A stretch of DNA of 64,000 nt, from assembly GCA_963709585.1 (NCBI GenBank), contig CAVPXI010000004.1:288001-352000 (forward strand), read 5' to 3'. Position 1 is the first letter of the stretch; each line of letters starts with the position of its first letter. Both the position numbers and the translations under genes were made by a program. The notes under the pieces were generated by a model. It did no database searches, was not told where the DNA came from, and was given only the letters and a program-made list of their open reading frames with translations. Positions 63,888 to 64,000 of this stretch are shown here, in pieces. Source of the stretch: Candidatus Dormiibacterota bacterium (GTDB lineage: Bacteria > Chloroflexota > Dormibacteria > Aeolococcales > Aeolococcaceae).

Positions 63888-64000
63888 ATGAGGGCGGCCC
63901 TGTGGTGCCGCGTCTCCACCACGCAACAGGACACCGAGAACCAGTTGATCGCCCTTCGGGCATGGGCAGAGCGCCGCGAAACGCCTGTCGTAAAGACGTT
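63888..64000 (+). CDS. Serine recombinase/resolvase, 3'-truncated by the window edge
   Basis: MRAALWCRVSTTQQDTENQLIAL with catalytic RVST. Confidence 0.85.
   Translation, partial: MRAALWCRVSTTQQDTENQLIALRAWAERRETPVVKT

Larger units (their letters stand above)
57326..64000. mobile_element. Genomic island at tRNA-Thr(GGT), extending beyond the window
   Basis: Integrase ~60 bp after the tRNA, lower GC, defence and mobility cargo; distal att site not in the window. Confidence 0.82.

Overview
GC-rich bacterial chromosomal segment. The Bacillus-like radA-yacL-ispD-ispF-cysS-rlmB-yacP order, a Gram-positive-type LexA box and many apparently leaderless genes suggest a Terrabacteria lineage such as Chloroflexota or Ca. 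Dormibacterota (low-confidence inference). Core genes: dnaK, pcm, gatCAB, rlmD, dnaE, yggT, lgt, solA, polA, mutM, uvrB, radA, ispDF, cysS, rlmB, fabF, plus three tRNAs (Leu-CAA, Thr-TGT, Thr-GGT). There are three main mobile parts. (1) A ~7.9 kb integrative mobilizable element in tRNA-Leu, bounded by a duplicated tRNA 3' end; it carries an integrase, a DUF4160/DUF2442 pair, an excisionase, a deleted MOBF relaxase, an IS3 remnant and a neprosin-like protein with a PepSY-like lipoprotein. (2) A complete IS110 element whose ends (CT core) and bridge-RNA guide loops can be read from the sequence. (3) An island at tRNA-Thr(GGT) running off the window; it carries an integrase, a DUF5678/retropepsin pair, an NgoMIV/NaeI-type restriction-modification system with Vsr, a DUF2958 gene broken by a 46-bp inverted duplication, and a serine recombinase. 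Most single-base frameshifts (dnaK, luxR, radA, cysS, crp, the att copy) fall in GAGTC/GACTC, pointing to modification-linked sequencing errors rather than real pseudogenes. All calls were made by eye; no searches or folding programs were run.
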